This document shows positions 42,450 to 55,978 of a stretch of DNA of 64,000 nt, in pieces. The stretch spans positions 248,001-312,000 of the forward strand of contig NW_026864239.1 in assembly GCF_026571515.1 (NCBI RefSeq), written 5' to 3'. This stretch comes from Ruditapes philippinarum (Eukaryota). The translations under genes and the position numbers were made by a program. Under the pieces are notes generated by a model that did not search any database, was not told where the DNA came from, and saw nothing but the letters and a program-made list of their open reading frames with translations. Position 1 is the first letter of the stretch; every line of letters begins with the position of its first letter.

Positions 42450-43900
42450 TTTCTCGATCATCAAGAAACTCATGTGACAGAAATTGAATTTAAAGTACAT
42501 GTAGTATCTTTTGTTCTAAGTTATGTTCTCATATTTCAATTCATGAAAGAAAATTTGTGGCAAAAGTGTAGCAACACGGCAAAGCAATAGGCGGTATACA
42601 ACCATTGTAGTTAAACAACTGTCCTGTAGCGATAGAAGAATGTGACAATACATGTAGTTTTAAAAATTAGATAAAGTTTGTTTTGTTCGATATTTAAATG
42701 GTAATTATATACATTTTTATATTGGCTGTAAAACATTACGAATAAGATGGTGCCGAATTGATGTTTATGACAAAACAACAAGTTATGCTGTAGATACATA
42801 TCAAAATGTATTTAAAAGAAAAGGCGACACCGATCTTTGTTAAATGTTTAGTGAATTTACTGATAAATATGTTTGTGGTGTTTTGAATTATTCACTATAT
42901 AACTCGCACGATATTTTGATGATTATGAGTAGATAAATATAAAAAACAAGATCAACAAGGAAACATGATAAAGAAAATAGCAAAAAAAAAGCTTCACATT
43001 GATGAATATTATGTTTGTTTAACATGTTTATCCTAAAATATCAAAATAAATTTATTTTTTACAATGCAAAAAATATTATTGTAAAATTATTGACTAGTGA
43101 ACCATTGAATACTGTATGATGTGTTATTCACCGGCAGATGACATGTTGTAAAAATGATTTCCTGCCAGTGAATATCAAATCATATTCCAATGACACACTA
43201 GTCACTTTTTGTTTTTTATACATGTATGAATGGGCTAAGATTTATTTTCCATCGAAGCCTGGGAAAAAGACGAATTTAAACAAGATGACGTTTCAACCAG
43301 TGCATATGATGCTACACCCAATGAATATGGTTTTATAAATAGTTTGGATGACAACTGTTTGGACCGATGTGAATAAAGCTATTTAGATCATATAAATACA
43401 TGTATAAATAGTATATACATGTATTTGAATGTGAAATCTTGAAAACTTCGATTTCAAAACTTCTGATACACCCTTTAAATTAAGCCTTATTTTGCTTCTT
43501 TGCCGAGAAGTTGGTGCGTACACAATGCGACTGTTTGTATAAAACTCTATTAATGACCTTGTCTGGATTTATTGCCAAATCTGTGTTTATATATTTTTAT
43601 CATTTTTCTTATTTCTTTGTTTTTGCTCAAATATATTTCCGTTCATCAATATATAGGAAATAGCTAGTGTTTTTGAACATGATTTACAGGCATGGTAAGC
43701 TTCAAAGTAAACAACTTCCAACAGACAAAATACAATAAAAAGTTTGACACGAAATCATGACATGCTATTTCTGATGGTAACAAACATGTTTGAATGAACT
43801 TTTGAATTGATTCCCTGTACAGTTCTTTACATTTTTATCCTTTTCATGTGTTAATACCTATTGATAATGCCTGTTCACAAATACATTTAATACCTAATAC
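42450..43900 (+). pseudogene. TLR LRR fragment, type A
   Basis: ILKYQNKFIFYNA (~43030-43068), TLSGFIAK. Paralog series. Confidence 0.6.
43085..43400. mobile_element. Hairpin element (shared insertion)
   Basis: Decayed fold-back aattattgactagtgaaccattgaata...tattccaatgacacactagtca, at the same position as in the 47889 and 62290 paralogs. Confidence 0.7.
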
Positions 43901-45970
43901 AAAGAATACAAATTTGTTATGAGGATTTTGTATTTTCTTTATGATTTAGAGGAATAGAACATATCAATTAGATTTCAAGAAAAATCGAGGAAAGTAATAA
44001 ACAACAGCAAAACAAAACAGGTGATTACATTTTATCATTTATTAATGGAATCGAGTCATACCTCTTTTTACGATATTGACTTTATATTGCTTTTTCTAGC
44101 AAGGATATTAATATTGTTATACGGTAAAAGAAATATTACTACAAAAAGGAAAATAACAAAATTAATGTCATCTTGATATAAATCTGTTTGTTATTCACAT
44201 TTTTTTGAATATGCATGTGGTGGGTCTAAAAGAAATGGCGACACATATCTTTCTATTTTTTTCTGAAATTCATTACATTGTTTTTGTTTTGCTCTGAATT
44301 ATACATGCGCTCATGTCACGATACGTTCATGTTGCTTCACAAAAAAGATTATCTGGTTATTGTCATTGTTTATGATGCTAGTCAATATACGGTACGTCTT
44401 TTGTATATGTAAAAACACGCCTTATGTCTTAGAAAAAAATAATTTTTTGCCTCCTTCAGAAAGGGCAAAAATGAGATATAGTAATAAATGGTGTTTGAAT
44501 GATTGTTTTATTAATTTAGATGCTTTTAATCTGTAGAAAGTTGCGCTAAATTTGAATTTATTTGTTATCAAAAGAGCAAAATGTAAATCAAGTAATATCT
44601 TAACTTCCATACAAAAAACTTAATCACTATATTTGTGCTTTTTGCCATAAAGCAACTGACACAATATACGGTTCAGGTAATTGACCAATTGGCCAGTTTT
44701 TGGAAACAGGACACCAACAATAAAAGGAAGACAAAAAATTACGACATAATATATCCTTAAAAGATGTTGTTATTTCTTACAGCGATATCAACACATACAC
44801 ATTTGCGCTTAGAACAAATGTTACCAAATACCCGAGGTCACGAGCAGGAACCTGTTTCGAAATTTTAAAACAAATTATTCTATCTTTTGCATAATTTCTA
44901 ATCGTACATTTGACTTATGTCCAAACAAAAACAAAAAACCCGGCACTCAACCGTACTACTTGTATTTATTGTTTAGAAAGTGATAAAATTAAGCTGTTTA
45001 CAATAATGCATACATTGACAAGTCAAGGAATTCCTTAACTAATTTTATTTATGACAATCGCCCACTTGAAATGTGGGAATACAATTATACGCAAATGCAA
45101 TGTCTGGTAAATACGCTATAGAATGAAAAATATGTTTTTCCCCGGTTTATCATGCATGTCATTTACGAATCGGTTCGCATAAAGAAATTATATTTTAGGT
45201 TTGTTGTTACTGTGACAGTAGTGAAACATATCAAAGTTAATGATAAGACTATTTGCATGTCTTTTATAGCAGGAATCCCACTGTGAGTTATATCTAACTT
45301 TCGTTAACAAGTACAAAATTGAACGTGATTGCACTTTAATAGCCGCAGTGTTGTAATTTAAAGCTGATAATAACAGTCTGGATAATAATGATATATAGAA
45401 AACAAGATAATGTTCTCAACAGTCTAAAATTAAATTACATAGATTTATCTTATTTAACTTATTATCTTAAAAGTCTCATTCAAATTAAAGAATTATCTGT
45501 CGAAAAATATCTGAGGAAAATAAATAAGTTGTTTTCTTTCAAAACCACTCCAAAAAACCCCCAAAAAATACACGGAATGAAATGATTATTATAACGTTAA
45601 AAGTGATATTTTTCCTTGGCTGGATTTCGGATCGTGGTAAATGATACATACATCAATCAACATACTATATTCTTTTAAATACGTATTCATTTCTTTACCC
45701 ACTTTCATCCCATGAATATAAATTTACATCTCAAGTTGTATGTAATTTTACAAGTTGCATGTAATTTAATTATAAGAGAATGAAAGAGGATAAATCAGAC
45801 AATAATTATTTTTGATAACCTCGTGACAGTCTTAACTGAGTAAGATTATGCAATGTCAGGGAAAATGAAAATAAATTGCTATTGTCTTAACCTTTATTTT
45901 TTTCACACAAACCTTAAATGTTTTCACACAAGCTTCCCGAATTATACAACCTGTTGCAATAATTGAGTAA
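43900..45970 (+). pseudogene. TLR ectodomain pseudogene, type B
   Basis: QHIHICA*NKCYQIPEVTSRNLFRN (~44790-44865), AVYNNAYI..LTNFIYD, NSLKLNYIDLSY..LKSLIQIKELSV (ORF 45388). Confidence 0.8.
44412..44756. mobile_element. Decayed Kolobok-like (TTAA) element, shared with 49359-49690
   Basis: Paralogous to 49359-49690, ends cataatatatcc|TTAA, and is absent from the 36100-36140 paralog. Confidence 0.55.
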
Positions 45971-45971
45971 C

Positions 45972-47000
45972 ACTTAATACAACAAAACCGAATCTGCAAT
46001 ATTGAATTAACATGATAATGTGATTTAGATATACTGTGCATAACTTTCGACTCGACTGCGGGATGCTTCAATTCGCTAAAATAGACAAAAATATAATCTC
46101 TAAATAACGTTCGATTTGAAAACTTAATTCAAAAATTTGAACAGACTTATTCAGACACACGTGAGAGATAATTCGTTCATTTGAATAAGATATGAAAACA
46201 ATGAGATCATACTTTTTACAAAAACTAAAGGTTATGAGACTTCAAGGTTTATCACACATATATAATTTATGTAAAGTGAACATATCAGGAAATCAAAAAA
46301 TAAAAGACATTATTTATTATATTTAAGTAAATCCAATATGTAATCATAAGATGTTATGGGTACATTAAAGAGCTAATATTGTTACTTTAAAACGAAACGG
46401 CACCGCTTCTTCGCACCATTATTTTTCAAGGCTTTTAATGTTCCTTTGCGACATTGAGAAATCTTCAATCTTTCTTACGTCTCGGTTTGTGACCGCTACC
46501 AATATGATCACCAAATTAAGTGTTGAATAAGTTAGTTTGCTAATTATGGAAATCTCATTTTCTTGATCCGGCATTCTTTTTTTTAAGGAAATATAAATCA
46601 AAGAAACTACCAGGCTTTGATAGAACTAATAATGAGATGGATTTCATCTTCGCTATTATATTTCATCCAGACATTAAAAGAGACGCGTTTTCGTCAGACA
46701 TAGGAAAACTATGTGTCTGGAAAGAACAATAAATATACACAAGAAGTGAAAACACTTGAGTAGTATAAAAAAACAATAGATAGATGCGACAAAAAGCTGC
46801 GATAATGTTAAATTGATGAAAACGACATAGTAATGTCATTGACAGTTTCAATATTATACATGATAATATATGTAAAGATATTGTTCATACATTGTTGTGT
46901 ATAAGATTGGTAGTTTAAAAAACAAAAGAGCAAAATGTAAGCATTAACGTTCTTTTTGAAGTAAATATTGAAAATGAGATTGTATAACAACTAAGGAAAA
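45972..47000 (-). pseudogene. TLR C-terminal pseudogene (LRRCT-TM-TIR)
   Basis: Minus frame from 46214: KYDLIVFISYSNERIISHVCLNKSVQIFE...SILAN*SIPQSSRKLCTVYL..IQYCRF (TIR boxes, with RDY in the adjacent frame). Upstream IKSLEK*WC and EN..FNVWMK (LRRCT). Confidence 0.9.
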
Positions 47001-47019
47001 AGAAAGAAAATGCCACTCT

Positions 47020-47320
47020 CGTCCTATTTGTTTGATTGCCTAATTGGTGAAATTATTGCGAAACTAAACCTGGGTAACTTAGTGTAACCCTTTCAAAAAC
47101 ATAATTACCTTTCTAAACTAGAAACGGGGTTATTGTATGATAAAGGGATTTGAAAGGAAGACTCATTGTTACTTAAAAATAAGCCTAAATAATGTTTTGA
47201 TAATAATAAAGGTATTGATTTTTTTATTGGTTCAGGAAGTTCAAAAATATTCAGTCATTTTTGATAATAAATCTATCAAACTTTTCAACAAATTTAAATC
47301 TTAAAACTCAAAAGTGAAAC
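47020..47320 (+). pseudogene. TLR LRR fragment (truncated paralog of 57140-60120)
   Basis: HNYLSKLETGLLYDKGI*KEDSL..CFDN..IDFF resembles N.L..W.G....L..LD...C..I...FF. Confidence 0.5.
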
Positions 47321-47349
47321 TAGTAACTCAAAAGTGAAACTAATGATAT

Positions 47350-49050
47350 AAGATTTCTCGGTCATCAAGACATTCTTGACAGAAATCGAATGTACGGTAC
47401 TTGTAGACTCTTTGTTTTACATTATGTAATGATATTTTAAATCATGAAAGAAGTTTTTATTAAGCGTAGCAGCATAACAAATAAGCAAATGGCATACAAA
47501 CATAGTAGAAAATATAACTGCCTGTATCGTTAAAGAATTTAACTTTAATAGAATGAATTTGTACTTTACTTAAAGGATATATACATTTCTATATTGATTG
47601 TATAACATTATGAATAAGCTGGTGCCGAGTGGATGTTTATGACAAAATGACCAGTTATGCTGTATATACATTTAAAAGAAAAGGCGATACCAATCTTTGT
47701 TACATTTTTATTAAATTTACTGATTAATATGTTTGTGATGTTTTAAGATAATCATTCTATTTTGATGATTATTAGTAAAAGACCAAAGCGAAATAAGCTT
47801 CACATTAATGAATATTATGTTTGTTAAACATATTTATCCTAATGATATCAAAATGAATTTATTTTTTACAATGCCAAAAAAATAGTATACAATTATTGAC
47901 TAGCGAACCATTGAATATGATGTGTTATTCACCTGCAGATGACATGTAGTAAAATTTAATATGATTTCCTGCCAGTGAATATAACATCATATTCAATGGT
48001 ACACTAGTCAATAATTGTTTTATCATACATGTATAAATGGGATAAGATTTATTTTCCATCGAAGCCACGAACAAAAAAGACGAATCTAAACAAGATGATG
48101 TTTCAACCAGTGAATATGATGCTACACCCAATAAATATGATTTTATAAATATTTCTGTTAACAACTGTTTGGACCAATGAGATTACAGCTATCCTTGTAT
48201 CCTATATGTATGTAAATTATTTGAATGTGTGTGTTATACCAGAAAAGCGCAACACATGATTATTTATTCCCTACAAAGCACCAGATAGTGATTAAATTAA
48301 GCTGTTATGAAAAATGCCCACATTGACAGGTCATAGAATTTCCCATACGTTATAATTGACAGTTGCCCTTTTGACCCGAGGTTATCCGATTAGATACAGA
48401 AATGTGTCTTATCAATGTTAAATTATAACAATTGTGCTTATACTAATTAAATGTGGATACACCTTTTGATAAAATAGTAATGCTGTTTGTAAACATAACA
48501 TTTAACTATAATTTAAGAAAAAATGCATATTATTGCAATACTTTATTTTCAATCTTTAAAAGAAAAAAATGTAAAATAACACTCTTAAATACGAAGCTTT
48601 TTCTTGAGAAATCCGATTTCAAAAATTTGTGTTACATCCTTTAAATTAAGCCTTATTTTTTGCTTCGTTGCCGAGAAGTTGGTGCGTACACCATGCGACT
48701 GTTGGTATAAAACTCTATTAAAGACCTTGTCTGGATTTATTGCCAAATCTGTGTTTATATATTTTTATCATTTTTCTTATTTCTTTGTTTTTGCTCAAAT
48801 ATATTTCCGTTCCTCAAAATATAGGAAATAGCTGGTGTTTTTGAACATGATTTAGAGGCATGGTAAGCTTAAAGGTAAACAACTTACAACAGACAAAATA
48901 CAATAAAAAGTTTGACACGAAATCATGACATACTATTTCTGATGGTAACAAAACATGTTTGAATGAACTTTTGAATTGATTCCCTGTAAAGTTCTTTACA
49001 TTTTTATCCTTTTCATGTGTTAATAGGTATTTATAATGCCTGTTCACAGA
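47350..49050 (+). pseudogene. TLR LRR fragment, type A
   Basis: QNEFIFYNAK, LLKTLSGFIAK (ORF 48604). Paralog series. Confidence 0.6.
47889..48215. mobile_element. Hairpin element (shared insertion, best copy)
   Basis: Fold-back acaattattgactag..ccattgaatatgatg / catcatattcaatgg..ctagtcaataattgt (47889-48018), then a ~200-bp body ending ccaatgagattacagc. The whole block is absent from the ~35120 paralog. Confidence 0.8.
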
Positions 49051-51260
49051 TACATTTAATACCTAATGCAAAGTATACAAATTCTTTTTATGGGGTAATT
49101 ATATTCTTTTGTTTTGTAAGCAAGGATATTGTTGATACGGTAAAAGAAATATTACTACAAAAAGAAAAAAATCAAATGTCATTTTGATATAAATCTGTTT
49201 GTTATTCACATTTGTTGAATATGCATATGGTGGGTCTAAAAGAAATGGCGACACATATCTTTATATTATTTTTCCTGAAATTCATTACATTGTTTTTGTT
49301 TTGCTGTGAATTATTCATGTTCTAATGTCACGATAGTCGATGTTGCTTTACTGAAAAAAAGGCCTTATGCCTCAGAAACAATATATTTTTACCTCCTTTA
49401 GAAAGGGCGAACATGAGATCTATAATGTTTCAATGATGGTTTTATCATGTTAGCTGCTTATAATTTGAAGAAGGTAACGCTAAATTTGAGGTCATTTGCT
49501 ATAAAAGCAAAAAAATGAAAACAAAGTAAAATCTTGACTCTCATACAAAATACTTAATCACTAAAATTGTGCTTATTGCCATAAAGCAACTGGCACAACA
49601 CATGGTTTAGGTAATAGGCAAATTGACCAGTTTTTGGAAACAGGACACCAACAATGAAAGGAAAACAAAAAAATGCAAGATAATGTGCCCTTAAAATTTC
49701 TTGCAGCGATATCAACACATACATTTTTGCGGTTAAAACAAATGTTACCAAATACCTGAGCTCACGAACAGGGACTTGTTTGGAAATTGAAAAATAAATT
49801 ATTCTATATTTTGCATAACTCGTACATACATAAAGAAATATTTGACTTATAAAAAGCAAACAAAAACATATACATGTGTATACATCCCTGCACTCAATGA
49901 TACTACTCGTATTCATTGTTTACAAAATGATAAAATTAAGCTGTTTGCAATAATGCATACACTGACAAGTCCATGAATATCTTAACTGATTTATTTTGAC
50001 TACCGCCCTCTTCAACGGCGGTAATACAATAATACACAGTTAATACGCTATAGAATGGAAATAGTGTTTTCCCCGGTTTATCATGCATGTCACTTATGCA
50101 TGTTTTTCGTATAAAGAAATTTTATTTTTGGTTTGTTGTTACTGTGACAGCATTTTAAAAAATATATCAAAGTTAAAGATAATTAAGGAAATGCATTCTG
50201 CCTTTTTTAAAAGTCTTACACAACTGTATAATAAGACTGTTTGCATGTCTAGTATAGCAGGAATCCCAATGTGAGTAATATCTAACTTTCGTTTACAAGT
50301 ACGAAATTGGTCGTGATTGCACTTTAATAGGCGCACTGTTGTAATTTAAAGCTGATAATCGCTTTATAACAGTCTAGATAATAATGATATATAGGAAACA
50401 AGATAAAGTTCTCAACAGTCTAAAATTAAATTACATAAATTTATCTTATTTAACTTATTATCTTAAAAGTCTCATTCAAATTAAAGAATTATCGTGAAAA
50501 ATATCTGAAGAAAATGCATATGTTGATTTCTTTCGAAACCACTCAAAAAAAAAATATACAATGATTATAAAAAAATATATAATGATTATTATAACGTTTA
50601 AAGTGATATTTTTGTTTGGCTGGATTTCGGATCGTGATACATACACCAATCAACATTATTTTCTTTTAAATACGTAAACTATTCATTGTTTTACCCACTT
50701 TCATCTTTACATTTCAAGTTGTATGTAATTTTATAAATTGCATGTAATTTAATTATAAAAGAAAGAAAGAGGATAAATCAGACAATTATTATTTTTTGAT
50801 AACCTCGTGGCAGTGTTAACTGCACCTAAGAGTATGCAATGTCAGGGAAAATGAAAATAAATGGATATTGTCTTAACCTTTAATTTTTTTCACACAAACC
50901 TTTAAGGTTTTCACACAAACTTCCTGAATTATACAACCTGTTGCAATAAATGAGTAACATTCTGTTCCAATTGATTCCAGAAAAAATATTGATAGAGGCA
51001 CGAATGGTATTATATCGAGCAAATTTTTTAATTGTTTGCAAATATTGTAAAACATATTTCAGAAATTGGCAATTAAAATGTTCTTGGAATTGTTACTGTC
51101 TCTTGATACTGTTAGTTTTTTTTATACTTTAAACATAATTAAACAACTATGATTTGCATACAATAATTTTAAATAACCACACACTCTGACAGGTAGGGTT
51201 AGCGTACCAAAATGCTCATTTAATTAAAGAAACATCATATACTGCATATGTTCTTTTTGT
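49050..51260 (+). pseudogene. TLR pseudogene, type B, extending to TM
   Basis: QHIHFCG*NKCYQIPELTNRDLFGN, IDSRKN, and WQLKCSWNCYCLLILLVFFIL (Cys + TM, end of ORF 50950). Confidence 0.8.
49359..49690. mobile_element. Kolobok-like (TTAA) non-autonomous element
   Basis: Ends aaggccttatgcctcagaaa ... ataatgtgccc|TTAA resemble the termini of 136-493. Confidence 0.65.
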
Positions 51261-52578
51261 TTTGTTAAAAGTACAAACAAATGCCAACTGTCCGGCAATG
51301 AGATAGATACAGTTATTTCCGTTATTAAATGTACTTACAAGTCCTCCCATGTCATTTACTATTTCGGTATTGTCCTGTATTTGCCAGTCCTTCGGAAGCA
51401 TTTATTCGTGTTGAAGATAAAAATGCTGTTGGTCAAGGTGAGAGTAAGATATCGCTTTTTGAATAGGGTATGTAAGTCTCGTCATGTGACTTGCGAGATT
51501 TCACGATATTTTGCACTTCCGGGTACAAACAAATATCCAACAACATTGCTTATCTATATTGGGTAATACTTGTATGCGCGGTGGGAAAGTAAAACTTACT
51601 CGGAAAGCAAAGGATATGTGGAAATTGGCAGAGTTTTTCGTTTTGTAACGAAATGCAACTGGTTTCATCTTGTGAACAAGTATCAATGAAAGACAACTTC
51701 GTATAATCTTCAGGTGGGTGTGTCATTTCGAATTCAGTTTATCGCAATAAATAATGTAAAATATTTCATTTCCATGTAAATCAAATAAATTTGTTATTTA
51801 ATACAACATCATTCGCATCTGACTTCAGACTGGTGAATTTGATTTTATCAATTTTCTATAGCGCTACCTGATTATCTCTCAGAAGTATATAATGTTTAGA
51901 AATTTCGGACAGCGCATATTTCGGATAAAACGGTTCATTATGATTATCAGTGTGTTTTAGTTGAATATATTTTCTTCTAACTGAAAACATTATTTATTAT
52001 TACTATTATCTTTATAAAGCACAAACAGTCAAGCTGTATATAACAAATTTAAATTGTCATAAAATTCAATTAAATATTTTGCTCCTGTAGATATTTAGAC
52101 TGAGGAAAGTGGTAAGATGAAAGACGTCAGTATCCGATGTAAATACACATGCATGCTCTGCTGGAAAATCGTTTTGGTAAGAAATATATACTTAAAGCTA
52201 CTTAAACTACATTAATGAAAAATAAATATTCTTGTAGAACATAATTAATGTTCTCGTTTTTGTAAATAATAATCATGCAGTGTAGCTAAATAAACAAACA
52301 ATATGGCATATGTAGTTAATTCATGTTAAATACTGTTTAAAGTATTTTTCTCAAGTAAGTGGGTCATAATTTTTAGTAAAATCATGTTCAGTAAATGGTT
52401 AAAAGAACTTAGTCACTATCACATTTTTTAAAGATCAGTTGTCAAAGCAAATCTACAAAAACTAGGACACCAAGAAGTGTTTCTTCTTTTTCAGCATTAT
52501 TTTCTATTCATGACAATATGAAAATGATTGAAATTTATAGCTGACTTTCATCTCATGATAAATTTTCTTTATATGCAG

Positions 52579-52760
52579 GTATGTGATTTTATGGTTGGAT
52601 CTTGAGTACTTGTCATGGCTCTTAATTTATTTTGGAGTGTTCACCATCAGATTAGAAACCAAACAGTGATACCACCAGACATAGTTGAAAGGAAATGTCC
52701 ATACACAGTCTTGGAGTAAAAAGTGGTAGAGACATGGCAGTCCATTACAGATTTTGACTG
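52579..52760 (+). pseudogene. YqaJ-like (lambda exonuclease family) remnant inside the transposon
   Basis: After acceptor tgcag: VLV..YFG/SP.D...DIVERKCPYT (52681-52707), matching GASPDG...EIKCPY. AATAAA at ~52822. Confidence 0.65.
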
Positions 52761-53329
52761 AATTAAAGCTTCTTAAAGCTCCATATCTTGTGTAAACTGT
52801 CTGACTGAATGTTTGTATTCTAATAAAAACTAAGGTTGAAGACACTTCAAAGATATGTTAGTGTAAAAATGTTAAACAAAATATCTGTCTTTATTAGATA
52901 TAAATAACCTGTCTTTGTTAGAAATAAATAACCTGTCATTTGTAACTTTGTATTAACTTAATTATTCAAAGATAATTTATCTTCTGCAAATGGCTGTCCA
53001 AAACAGTTTCAACCAGGCATCATGTAGTTTCAAAACAGTTAAGATAAATTTGTTATAAATAGACTTGTAAGGTAACAAGAATGGTAAAAAGATAAATGTT
53101 CTGCATTAAAATGTTTCTATCTTGATTGAGTTTCATTTCATACTATCACCATGATCACTGCAATTGTGAAAGTAATGTAATTTATAACCATTATTTAAAT
53201 ATTATAAAAATTATCTCAAAGAAAAACTTGTTTCTGAGGCAAGATGTGTAAAATTCCTTCCAGTAATAGCCTTTCACTGCTCTTAGAAAAGCCATGAATT
53301 TGCATTGTACATGGCAGGTAGTATTACCA

Positions 53330-53500
53330 GAGTAAACAATATTAATGCAATTCATCTGTGTTGAGTATTCTGTAGCAAAAACACTAGCTTGCTAGCCCTT
53401 GAAAGCCCCAGTCTGTCTCTTAATCACAAAATTGGAGAAGACTTGCAATTCTGCATTCCTTGAAAGATTTAGTGTCAGAGGGGCAGTTATTACATGCCAT
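53330..53500 (-). pseudogene. Possible DDE_Tnp_4 transposase C-terminal remnant
   Basis: Minus strand KSFKECRIASL / VIKRQTGAFKG* resembles FN....R.VIER.FG.LKGR. Short and frameshifted. Confidence 0.35.
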
Positions 53501-55978
53501 ATACTTCTTTGAGTTTTCAAATTACCTGTTTTATAATGTATTGAACCTGTTGACATTTGACCAAAAGTGAATTATCTATACAAAACATGCAAAACTTAGG
53601 GTTTGCACTTGATACAAAACAATTACATCACTGATACATTAATATACCCATTGGGACTGTTTCAAAACTGTCAATGTTTAAAAAAAACCACTTAATGCTT
53701 TTAACTTCTGTCCATGTACATATGTGTAAATGTAGTCATTGAAGAGCTGTCAATGACTTTTCATCAATATTATTTAGATAGTGTCTGTCAAAATTCAAAT
53801 GACATGCATAGTATTTACTATAGTCAATGCTTGCATAAATTATTCAAGCAATCTAGCCATTGCTGTTTGAGAATTTAAGTACAGTGACACTTATTTTGCA
53901 GATGAACCCTTATGATCAAGCACTGCTATAAATATATGCCAAATAGTAGAAACAAAAAACATTTCATAAGTTTGATAAACTTTTATTTTTACACAATTTA
54001 TAGTGCACTGCTTTGCAAATATATCACACTGATTTTCCAGTGGAAGAAAAACTTCAGGAAAGCACTTGAAATTATTATTAGTTATTTGGACAATGTAACT
54101 TTACACAGTGAATGTCTACTGATACAAGAATAAGAATATTTCCTTTTACAAATGTAAAGACTTTAAAAATTTACATGAACAAATTATCATAGTTATATCA
54201 TATTCTAATTGAAAAATGGTCAGCTTGATATCAAAGCTTTGAATGCAAATTTGTGAGCTTATCAATGATAACCTCACAATATTAGTACATGTAGTAGATG
54301 ATATATAATATGTTTGCTATTTCTTTTTCATCTTTACATCATAGTCATTTAATGTCCATAATGACATATGCCATGAAAATATTTATATCTGGTGTGTTTT
54401 CTACTTTGGTATATAGAGTATCTTGTTTCAATATTTAAAACTGCAATGAAATGTGGATATTTCACTCTGTTTCTATCACTGTGACATTAACAAGTTAACT
54501 AGATAATGGAATCATAGTGTCAAACACCATAAAATCATACTCTTTTAAAATTAAGATTTTTGAGCTGGATGTCATTCATCTTCTTCAGGAAAGTACATTT
54601 GACTATTCTCAGTGGCTTATATTTAACTAATATTTCACTGTAACTGTGTGTTCTCTGATATCATTCTCAAATTAAGGAACTGGAAGATGGTAGTTGCAAT
54701 AAAGGTCTTCATGGACAAATTCTCATCCATCTTTTTCCTTTTTATCTGCAGAATGAAAAATCAATAAATGTGTTGTTATAAGTGTAAGACCTGAATATAT
54801 TTCACTGAGTAAAACACTAGAAATGGTATTTACATTAGTTTTAATAAGCTGGCCATGATTGACAAAAAATTTCATATTTGAAGTAAATAAATATTGAAGA
54901 TAAACAACAACACATACTATATAACAGTCATAAATATTGATCTTCTTCAATGTGAAACATGACTGTTTCTCATGTTTTATTTACTTATCAATTATCATAC
55001 AGTGAAATCCAAAAAATAATAAAATATTTTAATAATTGTTTACTGTGTCTTTCTGATCTCAACTAAAATTAATCAATTATTTCACATGTATTTACCTTTG
55101 ATGAATAGATATTTCAGGATCATAGGCAGTGCAAACGGTTGATTTATGGTCCATAGTGAACAACTGTATATTCTATACTTGTCATATACCTCCCTGTCTA
55201 CACTACACATCTGAAATGGTTTATTCAAATATTATATTTTTTAATTCAACCATAATTTGCTAGGTACCATATTAACTTATGTATTAAATAATAATTAAAT
55301 AATTAAATAATTTATGATATTAAATGTATACATTTGTATATAATTGAAAAAGGAAGATAATATAAGTGTTAATGCATTGATACTATTCTCCATAGTTAGA
55401 AATGAAACAATACTATTAAACTTTGCATAAATATATGATCTATCAGTCTAATTATTTAATTATCTGGGGTTTATTATACTAATGTTAGTAATTGAAATCT
55501 TGATAAAATGGAAGGGAAGAAATATCCGAATTACTGTGCAATGTCCGAATTTTGTATAACTTTAATATACACTAGAACTAATTTAAGTGTTTCTCCATTG
55601 TTTATTTCAATAAGTTTAAATGGTTCGAATAAATTTCTCACATCAGTAGTTTTAAACAATACTAAAAGCTAAATAACTAGAATTCACTACCTTGACAAAA
55701 CATCCGAAACAATTGTCACTATCCGAAAATAAACTAGTTTTATTAAACTCTATAAATCCCTCGGTTTTCCGTCAGATAATTGACCTACCTGCATTTTTGG
55801 ACCCGTGCTTTCCATTCCTTCCAATCTGAAGCGGACTGGAACAAATTTAACTTCTATATCTCTCGAGTTCTTCGGGTTACCTATATGCGTAACGGTAAAT
55901 AAGTCTGCCGATGTACCCGGAAGTGGTAAATCGAAAGTGAAAGTAAACGAGACTTACGGGCCCTATTGTGTCAACAGA

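Larger units (their letters stand above)
42420..47320. repeat. Segmental duplication unit A (partner 47320-59045)
   Basis: 42420-45970 matches 47320-50958, 45975-47250 matches 56066-57601, and 47250-47295 matches 58995-59045. Confidence 0.9.
51465..55964. mobile_element. 4,500-bp defective ISL2EU-like (PIF/Harbinger-related) DNA transposon
   Basis: Termini AGGGtatGTAAGTCTCGT / ACGAGACTTACgggCCCT flanked by AT on both sides. Inner IR cacttccgggtaca (51514-51527) / tgtacccggaagtg (55912-55925). Internal YqaJ remnant. Confidence 0.85.

Noticed and set aside
47605-47880. TIR-like reading SWCRVD..RKGDTNL..YPND
   Set aside because: Paralog order places it in the N-terminal LRR region, followed by further LRRs.
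49554-49916. 120-aa hydrophobic minus ORF or GPCR-like reading
   Set aside because: It spans antisense TLR sequence and a TTAA element, and the paralog at ~44630-44960 has stops in this frame.
52880-52940. Short ~23-bp tandem repeat (similar small duplications at ~35580 and ~40715)
   Set aside because: Ordinary slippage duplications with no further structure.
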